A stretch of DNA of 63,104 nt, counting the filler, from Psammoneis japonica (Eukaryota): assembly GCA_008632985.1 (NCBI GenBank). It is 4 parts of 4 records of this genome, joined end to end, with 100 filler letters (N's around TTAATTAATTAA, not from the genome) between each part and the next. Parts side by side here need not be neighbours in the genome. Positions count along the whole stretch, not along the records: positions 1 to 15,920 come from QPGO01000488.1; positions 16,021 to 31,770 come from QPGO01000492.1; 2 more parts are not named here. One strand, written 5' to 3'. Positions 13,722 through 29,365 of this stretch are shown here, one piece after another. The translations under genes were made by a program, and so were the position numbers. How positions within the stretch are numbered: the first letter of the stretch is position 1; the number at the start of each line of letters is the position of its first letter. The notes beneath the pieces are model-generated. The model had not been told where the DNA came from. It saw nothing but the letters and a program-made list of their open reading frames with translations, and ran no database searches.

Positions 13722-14760
13722 ATGGTATCGGGGCTTCTACGACTTGGCACTGTCGTCCTTGTCTCTCAGTGCAGTGCTGCATTTGTAATACCTTCAGCAA
13801 GCGCTTATTCATCCTTTTCACCAGCGTCGACCTTTTCGCAACGACCGACTCTTCTTCAGCACTCTACTAGCAGAAAGAACAAAAGCAACCTTAAACATGG
13901 GACTCTTGAATTCTCTAACAAGTCTTCGTGGTGGTGCAGACGTCGTGGAAGCAGTCTCGTCGACGCTCACGTCAGGCCCGTTCGGCGTACTAAGTCTATG
14001 GGGTGTAGCTGCAAGTGTGGTTGTGCCCCTGACTTTGTATCGTCAAGGGTTTAGCTTTCGGTTGGATATGGATATTCGGTACTCGCCATGGGAATAGCCA
14101 TGACTCGCGCCTTTGGAATCAATCCTGTACCATCCTCCATGGCAGACACGTCGTCTCTCTTGGTGAGCGCTGTCATGTTTTATGGATTCCGTCTAGGCAC
14201 GTATTTAGCGTTTCGCACCTTGACGGTGAAGAGCAACAAGAAGAAATTGAAGGAATTCGACAAGAGTCCTCGATTGAAACGTATTCCATTGGCACTCGGA
14301 GTCTCGCTGTTTTATGCCTTGCTGACAAGTCCTGCACTGTACGCACTTCGCAATGTTTCTGAAAGTGCCGTCACCATGGGAGGAATTGGCTTGGCGTGGT
14401 TTGGTGCGCTTTTGGAAGCCCATTGCCGATGGACAAAAGTACATTACCAAACGTGGCAAGGATCAAAGCAAAGACTTTGCGGGTCCCACGTCGGGAGTTT
14501 ATCGTATTTGTCGTCACCCCAACTACTTGGGAGAAGTATTGTTTTGGTTAGGCTTGGCCGTCAGCGGTGTGGCGAGCTTTGGTTCCAACGTTATTCCATA
14601 CGTCACGACCAGTCTTGGATTGTACGGTATTTACTCCATTATGACTTCGGCATCGAAACGGTTGGATCAACAACAGCTTGAAAGGTATGGGGACAAGAAG
14701 CATATGACAAGTGGAGGTCCGACGTTGGAGCGCCGATCTTTCCATTTGTCAACAAAGAAT
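13722..14760 (+). CDS. DUF1295 / steroid 5-alpha-reductase-like membrane protein, probably plastid-targeted; frameshifted in the assembly
   Basis: Signal peptide plus SAAF; YGFRLGTYL, ADGQKY and GVYRICRHPNYLGEVLFW motifs spread over four frames. Confidence 0.8.
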
Positions 14761-14959
14761 AGAGGGGAAAAGTCTCGTATTAAATTATGTTGTCATACAG
14801 TAGTAGTGCTAGTAGCCCCAATTTCATATAAATGTTATTACTATTTCTACTCCAGCCCCGCCATTTCCTAGAGGCTAGAGTGCACTCTAGCTACGCGCTA
14901 GGGAGACACAAAACTCAATGAGCCTAGAACCCCGTCTTGGACGTTTTCGCGTGGTCTCT

Positions 14960-15920
14960 CCTTGTCGCTGAGCTGACGTCGACTTTTTGAGACTGCTTTC
15001 TGTTTGCGTTGTGGAGAGATGGTCCAGGTGAATGCATCAACTCCACATTGAATGTGATTCCAAGCGTAATGCTCTACATAGTAGCCCTTTCCTGCAAATG
15101 GTATTGGCAAATTGCGTTCATGTGGAGCCAACGAGAAGGACTTCAGAAACAGAAGTACAGCACCTTAGCTCTGTTTTCACGTGTTTTCTAATACCATTAC
15201 CGTGTGTATCACAGCCTATGTTCGGTTTGTTACCATTTAGAGCAGAAATTGGTGTTTGTAGGTACCAAGGGCTTGGGTCCAACACAAAAGCCTTCCAAAG
15301 ACAATTCCTGAACCACTGTGCCCCGCGCCAATCTGTACCGGTACACATTGCAAATCCACCCTTGTTTTTACAGGATATGTGCGAAGAGCATGTATCCGAT
15401 GTCAGTAAGCAAATGGGTCCAATCCATTCCTTCCAAAGTATTCTAGTATGGACTCTCTTGGAGCTGCGTTCTTCAGTGTTGCGTGCACTCCCGCTTCTGT
15501 TTTTTCGCAGGTGGCTTCTTTTCCGAAGCAGCACTTTGTTCATCTTGAGACGAAACAGTACCTTGCGTGGGATGATGAACTGGGATTGGATTCACCATCG
15601 ACGAGACTTTCGAATTCACCATCTCAGCCTCCAAAAATGCATCAGCGGCGAAACAGGCGGCACTTGCCGTGTCCAAAGAAAAGCCACTTGAGGATCGAGC
15701 AGAAGAGCTTCCTGCAGCCCGTGGGGGACCCAACACTGCTACACTGGGGGATTCTTCAGTTTGAGAACGCTCACGTCCTCGTCACCTCCTTCTTTATTCA
15801 CATTTATTTCCTGATTGAGCTCGGAATCATCGTCTCTGCTTTTGGATTTCGAATCATCACCTCCGCTTTTGGTTCCGGGTCGTGGATTACGGCTGCGGAG
15901 CTGCATCGCGCAGGTTATGC
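14960..15920 (-). CDS. Partial (3') gene with acidic/low-complexity region and Cys-rich, possibly zinc-finger, C-terminus; 5' end in the gap
   Basis: ORFs 15473-15736 and 15118-15543 with several Cys pairs; product not identified. Confidence 0.4.
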
Positions 15921-16020
15921 NNNNNNNNNNNNNNNNNNNNNNNNNNNNNNNNNNNNNNNNNNNNTTAATTAATTAANNNNNNNNNNNNNNNNNNNNNNNN
16001 NNNNNNNNNNNNNNNNNNNN
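15921..16020. other. Assembly gap with artificial TTAATTAATTAA spacer
   Basis: N-run with a six-frame stop linker; identical linkers at 31771-31870 and 47517-47616. Confidence 0.97.
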
Positions 16021-16183
16021 AAACAATCTTTCGAGAGGCATCGAGATGTATCGAGAAAGGAGAAGAGGTTTCTAGAAAGTGTCATCGTTGACATCCTTTT
16101 GACACTTTTGACACCAGGTTGACACCCACGAATGAATATACGAATGAATATAGATGACCGTGATATTCGGCAATGCATGCACG

Positions 16184-18431
<2,248 letters not shown>

Positions 18432-18610
18432 CAAGGCACTCTAGAGCTAGCTTTGAACCAACGATCATATCCCAAACTGTGATCGCTAAATGCTCCTTTG
18501 AGAGAGAACGGGCGGAGGTCTATCACATGCGTTGTTAAATTAAAATGCGTTTGTGTGTATTGAATATGGATACTACTAGATATTATGATGGTCTATTAGA
18601 TTGGTCACGA

Positions 18611-20725
18611 TCAATCCCTCTCATTCATTCCATTTCGATTATTCCGTTCTTCAATTTCATCCACAAAGGACAATTCCCAAAATCCCTCGGGGGTCGACGG
18701 GGCGTATGCCGGGCACGATGCCTCGAGCATTCCATCAAGGAGCTGCGATCAAAGACATCACCACCGGGTGCGTTGCACAAGGCATTGACAAAGGCTTGAC
18801 ATTCGGCGCACGTGTGACCCGGCAGTGGCACGACGCTCCTCACGGAACGAACCACCTCTTGATAGCNNNNNNNNNNNNNNNNNNNNNNNNNNNNNNNNNN
18901 NNNNNNNNNNNNNNNNNNNNNNNNNNNNNNNNNNNNNNNNNNNNNNNNNNNNNNNNNNNNNNNNNNNNNNNNNNNNNNNNNNNNNNNNNNNNNNNNNNNN
19001 NNNNNNNNNNNNNNNNNNNNNNNNNNNNNNNNNNNNNNNNNNNNNNNNNNNNNNNNNNNNNNNNNNNNNNNNNNNNNNNNNNNNNNNNNNNNNNNNNNNN
19101 NNNNNNNNNNNNNNNNNNNNNNNNNNNNNNNNNNNNNNNNNNNNNNNNNNNNNNNNNNNNNNNNNNNNNNNNNNNNNNNNNNNNNNNNNNNNNNNNNNNN
19201 NNNNNNNNNNNNNNNNNNNNNNNNNNNNNNNNNNNNNNNNNNNNNNNNNNNNNNNNNNNNNNNNNNNNNNNNNNNNNNNNNNNNNNNNNNNNNNNNNNNN
19301 NNNNNNNNNNNNNNNNNNNNNNNNNNNNNNNNNNNNNNNNNNNNNNNNNNNNNNNNNNNNNNNNNNNNNNNNNNNNNNNNNNNNNNNNNNNNNNNNNNNN
19401 NNNNNNNNNNNNNNNNNNNNNNNNNNNNNNNNNNNNNNNNNNNNNNNNNNNNNNNNNNNNNNNNNNNNNNNNNNNNNNNNNNNNNNNNNNNNNNGGTCGT
19501 TTTGCACTTCTCGTATTCTTGTTGTCGGTATGACTCTTGGGCGACTCACATGAGGAAGATTCACGAGAGGTACGCTGACGATTCGGGCCCAATGTTGTAT
19601 TATCGGAAGTTCCACGCATTGGCGACTTCAACTCGTCCCCATCATGATTCTCCTTTTCCTCTTCGACGGGGCGTTTCGAGGAGTTGTTTCTCTTTTCGCT
19701 CGCAGCAACATTGTTGTCTAGCGGTTGGAGCGCTTTTCTGGGAGTCTCGCGACGCAACCGCGGTGACGGGATAATCTTGGCGGTAGTAGTGGTGGTGGGT
19801 GGCTCAGGATGAGTTATTGCTGGTTGCACAACGGTCGGTATGGTTTCTGCTATAGAAACTCCACGCTCTAGCCATTTCTGTAACTGTTGCTTGTGTCGAT
19901 TCGATTGCTCTTGCCACGACCCACACTGCTCTTGGAGTGCCTTGTTTTCCTTTTGCAAGGTCGACAGGACGTTTCGAGACGTAAATTTTTGGCTCGCAAC
20001 GATGCATTCTCGTCTCGACTTGCTTGAAGAGCCGACTGCGCGGATTTCAGTTCTTGTTGCAATTCTGCCAACAAATCCTTCTTGTTATTGTCCTCCCTAC
20101 TCAGCAGTGACACAGACTCCTCCTCGTCAAAATCATCATTACTCAAGGGTGATAGCACATTATTTTTGTTGTTGTTTTGCGTATTCAAAAGTGACTGCGA
20201 TAACTCCTCATTCTCATCGTCCTGGCGAGATGAGTTCGCCTCTAGATTTGAATCATTGACGAGCATGGAGCGAGCTTCTGGCGTACTGTTGCCAGTGACG
20301 GGATTTTTTGAGGCGGTTTCTTTGTGAGGCAACGTCTCTGCAGTATTGGTATGCTTTTCTCGTGGAACTGATTTTACTTTCTCGGTATCATGTTGCTTGG
20401 AACGGGCCGCTTCTGGCATATGTATGGTGTGAAGTGGCAGAGTCTCAACGTGCTGTTGCATATGATCGCTATGGGATTCTGGTGCAAGTCTACTGTTGTG
20501 CGTGACGGTAATATTTGTTGGGGCGGTATGGCGTTTGTTGTGAGACAGCGTTTGCTGTTGATCGGCGGCATGCTTTTCTGCTGGGGCGGCATCAAGTTTC
20601 GTGTCTGCTTTTGTTGTGACGCTATTGTTGTTGTTGTTGTTGCTGGAGGAGGATCGCTTTCGCTTGCGACGCTTTCGTCGTCGTGCAGACGGCATCTGAT
20701 CCCACAAGGAACCGTTTAAACCCAT
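18611..20725 (-). CDS. CtIP/Sae2 (COM1)-like DNA end-resection factor, spanning gap 18867-19494, with frameshifts
   Basis: Coiled coil followed by C-terminal SAE2 motifs GHTCAECQAF, CSRHR and TPEGFWELSF. Confidence 0.75.
18867..19494. other. Assembly gap
   Basis: N-run. Confidence 0.99.
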
Positions 20726-20771
20726 TGCGTCGTGAGAGTTAGACGACGCTGTTGTCGCTCATTCTCATGGT

Positions 20772-20803
20772 GCTGTTGTTGTTGTTGTTGTTGTTGTTGT
20801 TGT
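20772..20803 (+). repeat. (TGT)n microsatellite
   Basis: Visible directly in the sequence. Confidence 0.85.
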
Positions 20804-21029
20804 GATCGTGTGTGGAGCGCGCCGGATTGTCTACGGGTATTTCTACGTGAAATCAATACCTGGAGTTTGAATTAGTGACTCAGTAGACATTCTACGCAAT
20901 TCTACGTACGACACTTCTACGTTCGCACCGATAGCGCACCACCCCCCGCTTCGTGTTACCGGTAGTGTTGCGCTCTCACAATTCACAATCGCAACAACAT
21001 CAAAAGCTCAAAGCAGCAAAGTACTAACC

Positions 21030-21857
21030 ATGAAGACAAACAGCGTTCTCTATTCGGTTCCTCTCACCACTACGCAGACAACGTCTCAGCAAAAGGAGGA
21101 TATTGTCGAAAAGCTCCATGGCGTTTTGGCCAATCTCCGTCGCAACCGCGATGAAGAACACCGCAAAAAACAACTCGCCGCGGAACGTCTATCCTTGATT
21201 CAACAAGAACGAGAGGCTATGGAAAAGAATGTACATTCGATTCAACAAGCTCTACTAAAGCTACAGCAGCAATCCAATCCCAACGAGATTGCAGAGCTGC
21301 AAGCCCGTGTGGAACGGCTTTCGCAAGAGGTGCGTGCGTAGAATTAGTACTTGTTTCTACGTGGGATACCGTGAGAGAAGCTTCCATCTCGTCACTTTGA
21401 TTGTATCGATATACTACTAACCACGTCATCTTCATTCGTCACTATTCAGGTCCAATTCCAACACAATGAGCTTTTGGGAAAACGCGACAAGGTTTCCCGC
21501 CTCAGAGCGACCGCAGCTCAAGACGCCAAGCAACGTGAAGCCACCTTGGTTTCGGCTCGTCATGCCCTGCAAGTTCGTCGTGGCCGCAAGATTGTAGCGG
21601 TGCCGACACCACGAGAGCAAAACATGGATGCCATGAAAGCGCTACTTTTAGCGGATGACAACGATCATTGGCACAAATGGCCCAAGGTGATTGAACAACA
21701 AGCCATTGCTCTTTCCATGGAGGCGGCCGATGTACACCGCCAGTGCGAAACGATCTCGAGGCGCATTGCGGGATACAAAAAGCATCTTGGAATCATCACG
21801 TCGTCAAGCGAGGAGGAATCTGTTCCAATGGAGGAACAAGAGGCTCTTGAGAATTAG
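21030..21857 (+). CDS. Coiled-coil hypothetical protein; intron 21330-21449
   Basis: ORFs 21030-21341 and 21474-21857 joined by GTGCGT..ATTCAG; heptad-rich sequence. Confidence 0.7.
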
Positions 21858-22153
21858 AGAGAAATTGGATTCCATGTACTTGTACTTGTCCGAGCCTATT
21901 TTTGTACTCTTGTCGATTCATTCCACGAGCGATGTATTTCCGAGTCCCTCGACAAGCTTGCACCAAGCAAAACCGCAGAGAAGGGGCCTTCCTTGAAGAA
22001 CGTGTCAAGCGAGAACTATATATACATCGGATTGGATTGACCCATCCAGTCACCTTGTACTTCTTGCTGTTGTAGACACGTGTGTATTTTACTATAGTAG
22101 AGATTGGCTTCTATTCGCAGTACCGTAGCTCTTGCCTATGTCTCCCTATTTTG

Positions 22154-25100
22154 CTATTCCTTCTTCGAGGAGCTCACGCCTTGCGTTCGGCCGCAAACAT
22201 GCATATTCACCACTCCATCGGTAGGATCCTGCACTCCCAAATCATTCAACAAGTCAATCGCCCATCCACTCTTTTTCTTTCCTTGATTGGTCTTGTAGTG
22301 ATAATCGACACGGCGACTCATGAAAACAAGAGCTTGATCGCGTCCCACCGTGGCAAAGAGACCCTTGCCAGAACTGGCATCGCCGTCCTTGCCCACCAAA
22401 ATGGAACGCAGCGCGTCGGGAGGAGTCATGTACAGTGTCACGAGCTCGCGAAGATTGTCCCAATGAGAGTGGTTGCGGCCGGCGAGAAGCGCCACTCCAC
22501 GAAGGGCGTCCACGTCGCGAATCAAAATGACGGCACCCACAGTCGATACGAGATAGTGTTGGAGCAAACGAGCCACCAAAATGTCATAAAGGCGCATAGA
22601 GAGGGCGGTCCAGAAGGCAGACAGCGATTCGGCAGACAGCGCCGCTTGGACGTGTACAAACTGCCACGCAAACAAAAGCAAAGTGACTTGACTGCCGGCG
22701 AGTTCGGCGTATCGAGAGACGCTCCAGCGGGAATGGCGTAAGGGCCCTATTGAGAGACAGTGCAGAAAGAGAAAGGTGAGATTCGAAAAGCGTGCAAGTC
22801 AACAAAAACCATTCCACAATAAGCTTACATTTGAGGTACCCGTAATGTGATGAAGAATACGGTTTCCGCCCGTGGCCAACATGCTCTCGCCACCCGTCAC
22901 CAAGATCCACTGAATATGAGTGCTGAGTGTATCGAGCGCACGGAGAATCGCAGCCTCACCACGGCTTTCCAATTCGGCAAAGAAGCGTGCACGACGATCA
23001 GTGGCGGCTTGCATGCTTTGCAGGTCTTGAGAGTTGTTAAGAATCTCCCATACACGAGCGCTTCCTTTTCGGTTCTCGGCCCACAGCTCCCGATCAAAGG
23101 CCTTGATGGCGCTGTGAATGCGTTCAATGCTTACCCAAAAAGCAGGATCCACGCCGAGATCGTGGGGTGGCACGTTTTCGTCAAATGGCAACTGCGGCGG
23201 ACCCGAGGGCGGAGCCTTGTTAAGTGCCTCGCCAAGACTCTCGAGAATAGGGTACATGAATGCGTCTCCGTAAAACGAACACATCTGATCGTAAATGGAC
23301 GAAATCACGCGAGCCGTGTCTTCTCCGCCCTTTTCGCCCGAGCCAAACATGAGACAGGCGCGGGCCAACGAGTCTGTTGCATGAATGAGTGGTTGACGAA
23401 GGACGGATTGCTTGAGTGGGCCACTCAATATTTCCAAGAGTCCCTTCTTCATCAAAGTCTGCTTGCAGAGCGGTAGCACCGGTGCTCGGTATTCTTCCAT
23501 GATGAGTCCCACTATCGTCACGGGAAGTAAACCGATCGCTGAAGCGCTGACGAGTCTGAGGTACCAGCAACGTGAAGCCCAGCTGGTCAATTGGAGAATA
23601 ACAATAGTGATTCAACAAGCGAAGCTCCAGGTTCAAGTAGCCACGGCGGTGGCTGCCGCTCAAAGCACTCTCTTGCGAGGCAAGGAACTGAATGAGGGCT
23701 GTGGCAGCGTTCGATGTCGATCCGCCTTCCTCTCCACTGAATAACAAGAAAAAGCAAATAAAAAAGGAGGTCAGTCTCTGAACACAAAAAACTAAAATCT
23801 AAGGAAAATTCCACTTACATGACTCCGTCTGCGTCCACCAAACCACCGCTGCTACTAACCACCATCTTCTTGGATGCGTCCTTCAAAAGATGAAACAAAC
23901 CCGCTGCCTTTTCATGCATCACGACAAAGGTATCCAACTTCTTGGCACCCGCTTCAAAGTCACCCCTTCGGTCAATGCTTTGCATCAAGCTATTGATTCG
24001 TGCTTGAAGGCCGTTGCGCGGGTCACTAATGACACGCTGAAGCAAGGCACGCGCCACTTGCAGGGGCATGTCCTCGTTACCAACTGCCGCAGCTACCGCC
24101 GCGTCTCCGCCCTCTGGTTTCTGTCCAAACACGTGCGCAATCAGTTCAAACTCAGCCGTACATACTTCACTGACACGATGAAAGAGACTAGACAGGGCGC
24201 TTCTCGTCGCGTCCATGTCGAATTCGGATTCATCATCACTCTCCTCTTCTTGCTGCTTGCCGGGTTTGAAAAGTTCGGGAAACCGCGACGTGACCACCAT
24301 TTCCACATAACGTTTGTGCAGGTTTCGCCCAGAATCAAACAGCAACAAGGCTTGAGCAAGCTCTCGCAACTGTACCCAATCGATTCGTCCCGACTTGGTA
24401 TTGTCGCTAAAGTCATAGGCACCGCCCTTGGTGTAAATTTCCGAAAAGGAATTCAAGAGACGGGCCTCCAGTGCCGAACTGGTCGCGCAATCAAATTGGC
24501 GTAAGATCAAATCTTCTAGAAGAATTTGGATCGGTCGGGCGTCAAGCCCCGATACTGCCGCAGCCGCGTGGCGCATTGGCGCGACTCTTGACAACGGCCC
24601 TCAATTGCCGCAACGCCTTGGCAGCTTCCAAGGACTGATCAGTTCTGGTAAAGAGCGGATCCATACGACACGATGCAACCGGAATCAAGCCTCGTACTTC
24701 CTCATTGACACGCAATTCTTCTCCCGACATGGCTTCTTGTTCAGCTAGATTCTCCATCATCCACCACCTCCGAATCAACATGGACGCCGATTCACACTGC
24801 CGACGCTTGGCTTCGGCGTATTCGAGCTGCTGACCAATCTGCAACGCCGCCCGTCCCTTGGATCGAAATTGTTGCTGAATATCCTCGGCTTGCTGAGCCG
24901 CGTGGCGTGCAAACTTGCTGTGCGCCTCGAGGCGAATCTGGTAGGCATCCTCCGCCTCGGCCGCGTCCTCGTGGCATCCGCCACGGCCAACGACGTCAGA
25001 TCCACCAGGGAACTGCACATTTGACTCGCCTGCTGCAAGACATCTGACATTTCTTCTTCCTACACCGTAACAAAATTTATGAAAATCGTGCGAGTGAGTG

Positions 25101-25672
25101 GAACCCTGAACCATACAGAGAACCAACACTTTTAAAAATACATAAGAGTCTTCTTACCTCTGATGATCCAATCAATAGTTTATCCAACAGCCCCAACAAG
25201 TCCAGATCGGCCTCTTCTGGACAATACACATAAAGCTCCAACACCCTCTGCCACCGCGCGAGTCGAATTTGCGTTCTCTCGCTTGTGTCAATCCCGGCTT
25301 GTGTGCCACCTTGAGCTGATCTAGAATTTCCCTCGCTTGTGACTTTAACTTGTCTACCGCTTGCTGTCGTTCTTGCCGTCTCGCTTTGCGCGCTTGCATA
25401 TCATCGTCCGTTTCAAAGTCATAGGTCCGAATCAGCTTGGCGTCTCGCTTGAGACCGGCCTTGATTCTCGCATTGTGCAACCGCACATCGTCTTGTGCGG
25501 CAACCAACAGAGCCTTCAGGGAGGATTCGTCCGAGACGTTTCGTAAGTAATACAGCATGGGTTCCGTGCCGAGGGGATTAAAGAGGTATTCATCAGGAAT
25601 CCATTCCATTACGTCCTTTTCTGGCGATGGCCGCAAAGGGCTCAAACTGATCAATCTGTTCGCCATTGGCAT
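22154..25672 (-). CDS. Exocyst component Sec10/EXOC5-like, multi-exon, frameshifted in the assembly; inclusion of the 25160-25672 exon is uncertain
   Basis: ALQIGQQLEYAEAKR N-terminal Sec10-like segment, EFELIAHVF, C-terminal VSTVGAVILIRDV; minus-strand introns near 22745-22824, 23740-23818 and 25060-25157. Confidence 0.7.
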
Positions 25673-25999
25673 CATTTCTTCGACCTGCTGCCGGTGTTTT
25701 ATTCTGTCGTGTCGACATGGCGGATAGCTATTTAACGTTTCTCGAAGATAGTGTCTATGAACGCAGTCTAAGCTTATGGGACGTGACAAAGGCAACACTT
25801 CGTCTTTATCAGAGTGCTATAACACACTAGTTTTCTTGCCAACGCCGCAATGGTTGCGGGCGACATTGTCTCCAACGCTCCCGTAGCACTAGTATTTTAA
25901 CCCACTGTCACGTTGGATCTACAGAGGCAGGTACCACAAATGAAAGTATTCAATTCTGGTGTATTGATAATAATGTGAATAAAACTATACGTGATTGAA

Positions 26000-28900
26000 A
26001 AAATCTGAACGAATTGAATCGATGACCTGTCCTGGCTCGGACTCGATGGTTGGCAGTTTTGTTCTCCATGTGCAACCCCCCTCCATGAAATTGATGCTGC
26101 GGTTCTGGATGACAAGAGTGCAAGAGCAGAGGTTCTTGCCACTCATGGTTCAAAGAGAGGCTGACTCTTTGATGAAAGCACACTCTCCTTTTCAATGTTG
26201 CATGGTTTGTGGTGGAGAGAGACTGACATGATTGACACCATTTGTGGCAAGTGCACATGGCTTCTGTGTGCAATGCATCATCACAGAGTTTGCTTCTCCT
26301 GAACCAGAAAGGCACATGAGATCCATGGCAAAAAAGCATTTTTTGGTGCTGTTGACTCAAGAAGGATCATGAAATTTTCTTGGCCAGGCATCAGACATTG
26401 AACGGAGTCAAGTGCAGTTGTTTTGCTGTTGGTGCTCTGCTTCAGCACAAGGTGACTTCCAAAAAAACCTTGTGTGCAATTGCTCCCCACTTTGTCAATT
26501 TGTGACAGAGCTCCCCAGAAGAAATCAAAAATGCCAGCTCTTGTGTGAGCAAGAAGATCAACATCTTCTCTTGGGGCTGCATCTGATGTTTTCTGGCACT
26601 GACAAAGCACATGATGTGTCGAGTCCAGAGCTGGGCTGACACATGTGCCCATCATTCAAGGAAATCACAGAGCAAAAAGATTGGATGAGACACCCCACCC
26701 TTCTTGCCCGACAGAACATGCCAACACAAGAAGCATGTTTGAGCAGCAGACAACAATTGCTGTGCACACACAGCATGCTCTCAGTTCTCAGTGCAACCCA
26801 GACAACAGGCCAGTGGTGCTCCGTGGTGCTGGTTCAAACAAGCAGTTGAAAACACAGTTGAGTGGAGCAGGAAGGAAAAGGCAGCAGTGCCACACAGGGC
26901 CAAGAGGAGCTGTGCAAGCTCTTCTGTCTTTTGTTGTTAAATGGAGTGGTGCGCTGTGCTTGTGGTTTTCATGCTCTGGGGGACAAAGTTGGTGGGGGCA
27001 GCAGCTTTGGTTGTGTGGTGCTTTGTCAGCAATGTGAAGAGAGGAGAGGCCAGGCTGGATGCTCCAGTCTTTTGCTCCACATTGCTGCAAGCATTCTTGC
27101 CTGAACATCCTTGTTCTTTGTGTCTTCTGTGAGAATGTGACCCTCACAATAAAACACCATTGCATGTTTGTCCCATTCTCAAGCAAAATCTCAACAACAC
27201 GTGCATTGTTCCTTCTTGCTTTTGTCGTTGGGGTTGAGAATGTCCATGTTGGACCCAGCCTGCTGTGTGAGCCTTCTCAGCATGTTGGCACAACCTCTGC
27301 AGTTGGCTCAGCTTGCCGTGGGCATTGAAAACTCAACCACATGCCAAGTGTTCTGTGTGCTTCTGCTCACAGTGGCAGAGTGTTGCCCATGTCATTGGGC
27401 TCAACAATGGGCCATGTGCTGCATGTGCCACACAGCAAGCTGCAGACAGAGAATCTAAAATTTGAGCACATGCACATGCTGTCAACTGAAGGATTGCTGC
27501 ATTCCATCAATCTGTTGGTGGACAAACAGCTTGACATGACCAGATTTTTTTCAAAATTTTAAGCTCTTTGCCAAATGTTTTCTGAGCTCTTCTGCCCTGA
27601 CTGTGTCAGAGCCTTGGCTTTGTTCTCCCCTTTGTGCAGAACACAGCCATCTGGAGCACTTCAATGCAGAAGGCATGGGAGAAAAAGAACATTCCTGTCA
27701 AAAACAGTTTGACCCAAAAAGATGCAGAAGAAACAGAACAATCCTGTCCAGAGTGCTTTGAATGTTGTTTGGCCCTTGCCCCCCCCCCCCTCTCTGGCTC
27801 TGGTGGATGAAAAAAAATGAACAGCTGCAACACACAAACAGAAATGAGTGCACTGGCTGGAGGAGCAACAAAACAAAACACAACAACAAAACAACAATTA
27901 ACAACTTGGCACAGGTGAGGACATGGACATTCTGGATGTCATCTGCTGGGCCACAACAGGCACACAGAGAAGGTGGTTGTGATGGCAGTGCTTGTTGCCA
28001 TGCACTGCCTGTTTCTAAAATCAAGTTTGCTGCATTTTCTGTCTTGAGAACATCATCCATGACCCCTCTCATCTCAATGTTGAAAGCACCAAGATCAGTG
28101 GCTCATCTTTGTCTTTGTTCACCTTCTTCTTGCAACTTGGCCAACAAGAGAGCTGCAAAACTCTTGGCAAATCTCTTGCTTTCCTCAGCACAGTGGCAGG
28201 AATGGCAGCCCAGGCCTGGCTGTTGTTCCCAAACAATGAGTGTGCACTCAAGTTGCCTTTGTTGGCCTGAGCCCCACAAGACAAAGATCAGCACAGGCAT
28301 TTTGATTTCATCAACTTGGTTGGTGGTGGTGTGGCTCAGCATGTGCTTGCAGCTTTCCAACAAAACACCCATCTGGGCTGTGGCTCTCATCCTTGTCAGC
28401 TCCTCTGGAGATCCAGTGAAGACTGTTGATGCAGAAGCTTCTGCCAGTTCAGGAACAAGCAGGCTCTTGCTCTTTAAAAGAAAAAATCACTTTGACCTGG
28501 CTGCTTTTGGTGACAAGCCTTTGGCATTCCTGACATTTCAACTCATGACAGATGCTGCCACTCCTGCGCTGTGCCTGAAGAATGGACTTGACAAAAGAGC
28601 ATGAACAATGGCATGGGTGCACAAAAGAGAAGAGAAAGAAAAAAATTGCATGCTTCACTTTGTGTTTTGTTGTGAGCAACTGCAACTCTGCAGCTCTTGG
28701 ACTTTGTGGTACAAAACACCCACACAAGTGTGCTTGGGTGAAACTCAAATTGTGGCAGCTGTGCAGCACAACTTTGTTTTGTGTTTGTTGGCTGTTCTGC
28801 TCTTGGACTCATGGAGACAACAGTGCCCCAGCAGGTGGCAACATGATTGCTGTTGCAAGCAAGGTGTGAATGATGAGAGATGGCCACAAAATTGTGTTGC

Positions 28901-29210
28901 TTGAGCATTTTGTTGGAGGTTTCTGAAGACACAATGGCGCTTTTGGGTGGAAGATCACTGCAGCACTCACATTTTTGTTGAAGGGCTCTCAAGCCTGAGT
29001 GTGACAGCAAAGCAAAGTGCAGGGCAGTTTGAAGATTGTGGCAAAAGCAATGAGAAAAATGAGGCTGCTAAAACAGGAACCTCACATTCTTCAGTGTGCT
29101 GCAATCTGACTCTGACTCACTTCCTTTCTCAGCCAGCAGCCAACAGCAGCACTCCTGAGTGCAAAGCTCCAACCAAGTGCTTCTCTTGGACAAGTTTGTT
29201 GTACACACAG
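26000..29210. repeat. Heavily degenerate repeat/TE block depleted in both TpA and CpG; family not identified
   Basis: Abrupt compositional change at both ends; TG/CA-rich; ORFs are Cys/His-rich with almost no Tyr. Confidence 0.75.
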
Positions 29211-29365
29211 CCCACTCTAGCTAGAGTGGCTGGCTGGCATGTCCACTGAAATGCGTCGAAGCTGGCAGTCTGCCCGTCGACCATCATTGCTCTCTCATCA
29301 TCACGCATCGCAGATCGCATCATGCAGTAATAAGTGTTGAACGATCGCCATGACAATAACAAAAG

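Noticed and set aside
15921..16020. TTAATTAATTAA palindrome inside N-runs (also 31771-31870 and 47517-47616)
   Set aside because: Artificial scaffolding linker with stops in six frames; ORFs running through Ns are artefacts
26000..29210. Many Cys/His-rich ORFs as novel metal-binding proteins (also 1-2000 and 44600-51500)
   Set aside because: By-product of TG/CA enrichment and loss of TAA/TAG stops; they occur in all six frames with no coherent domains
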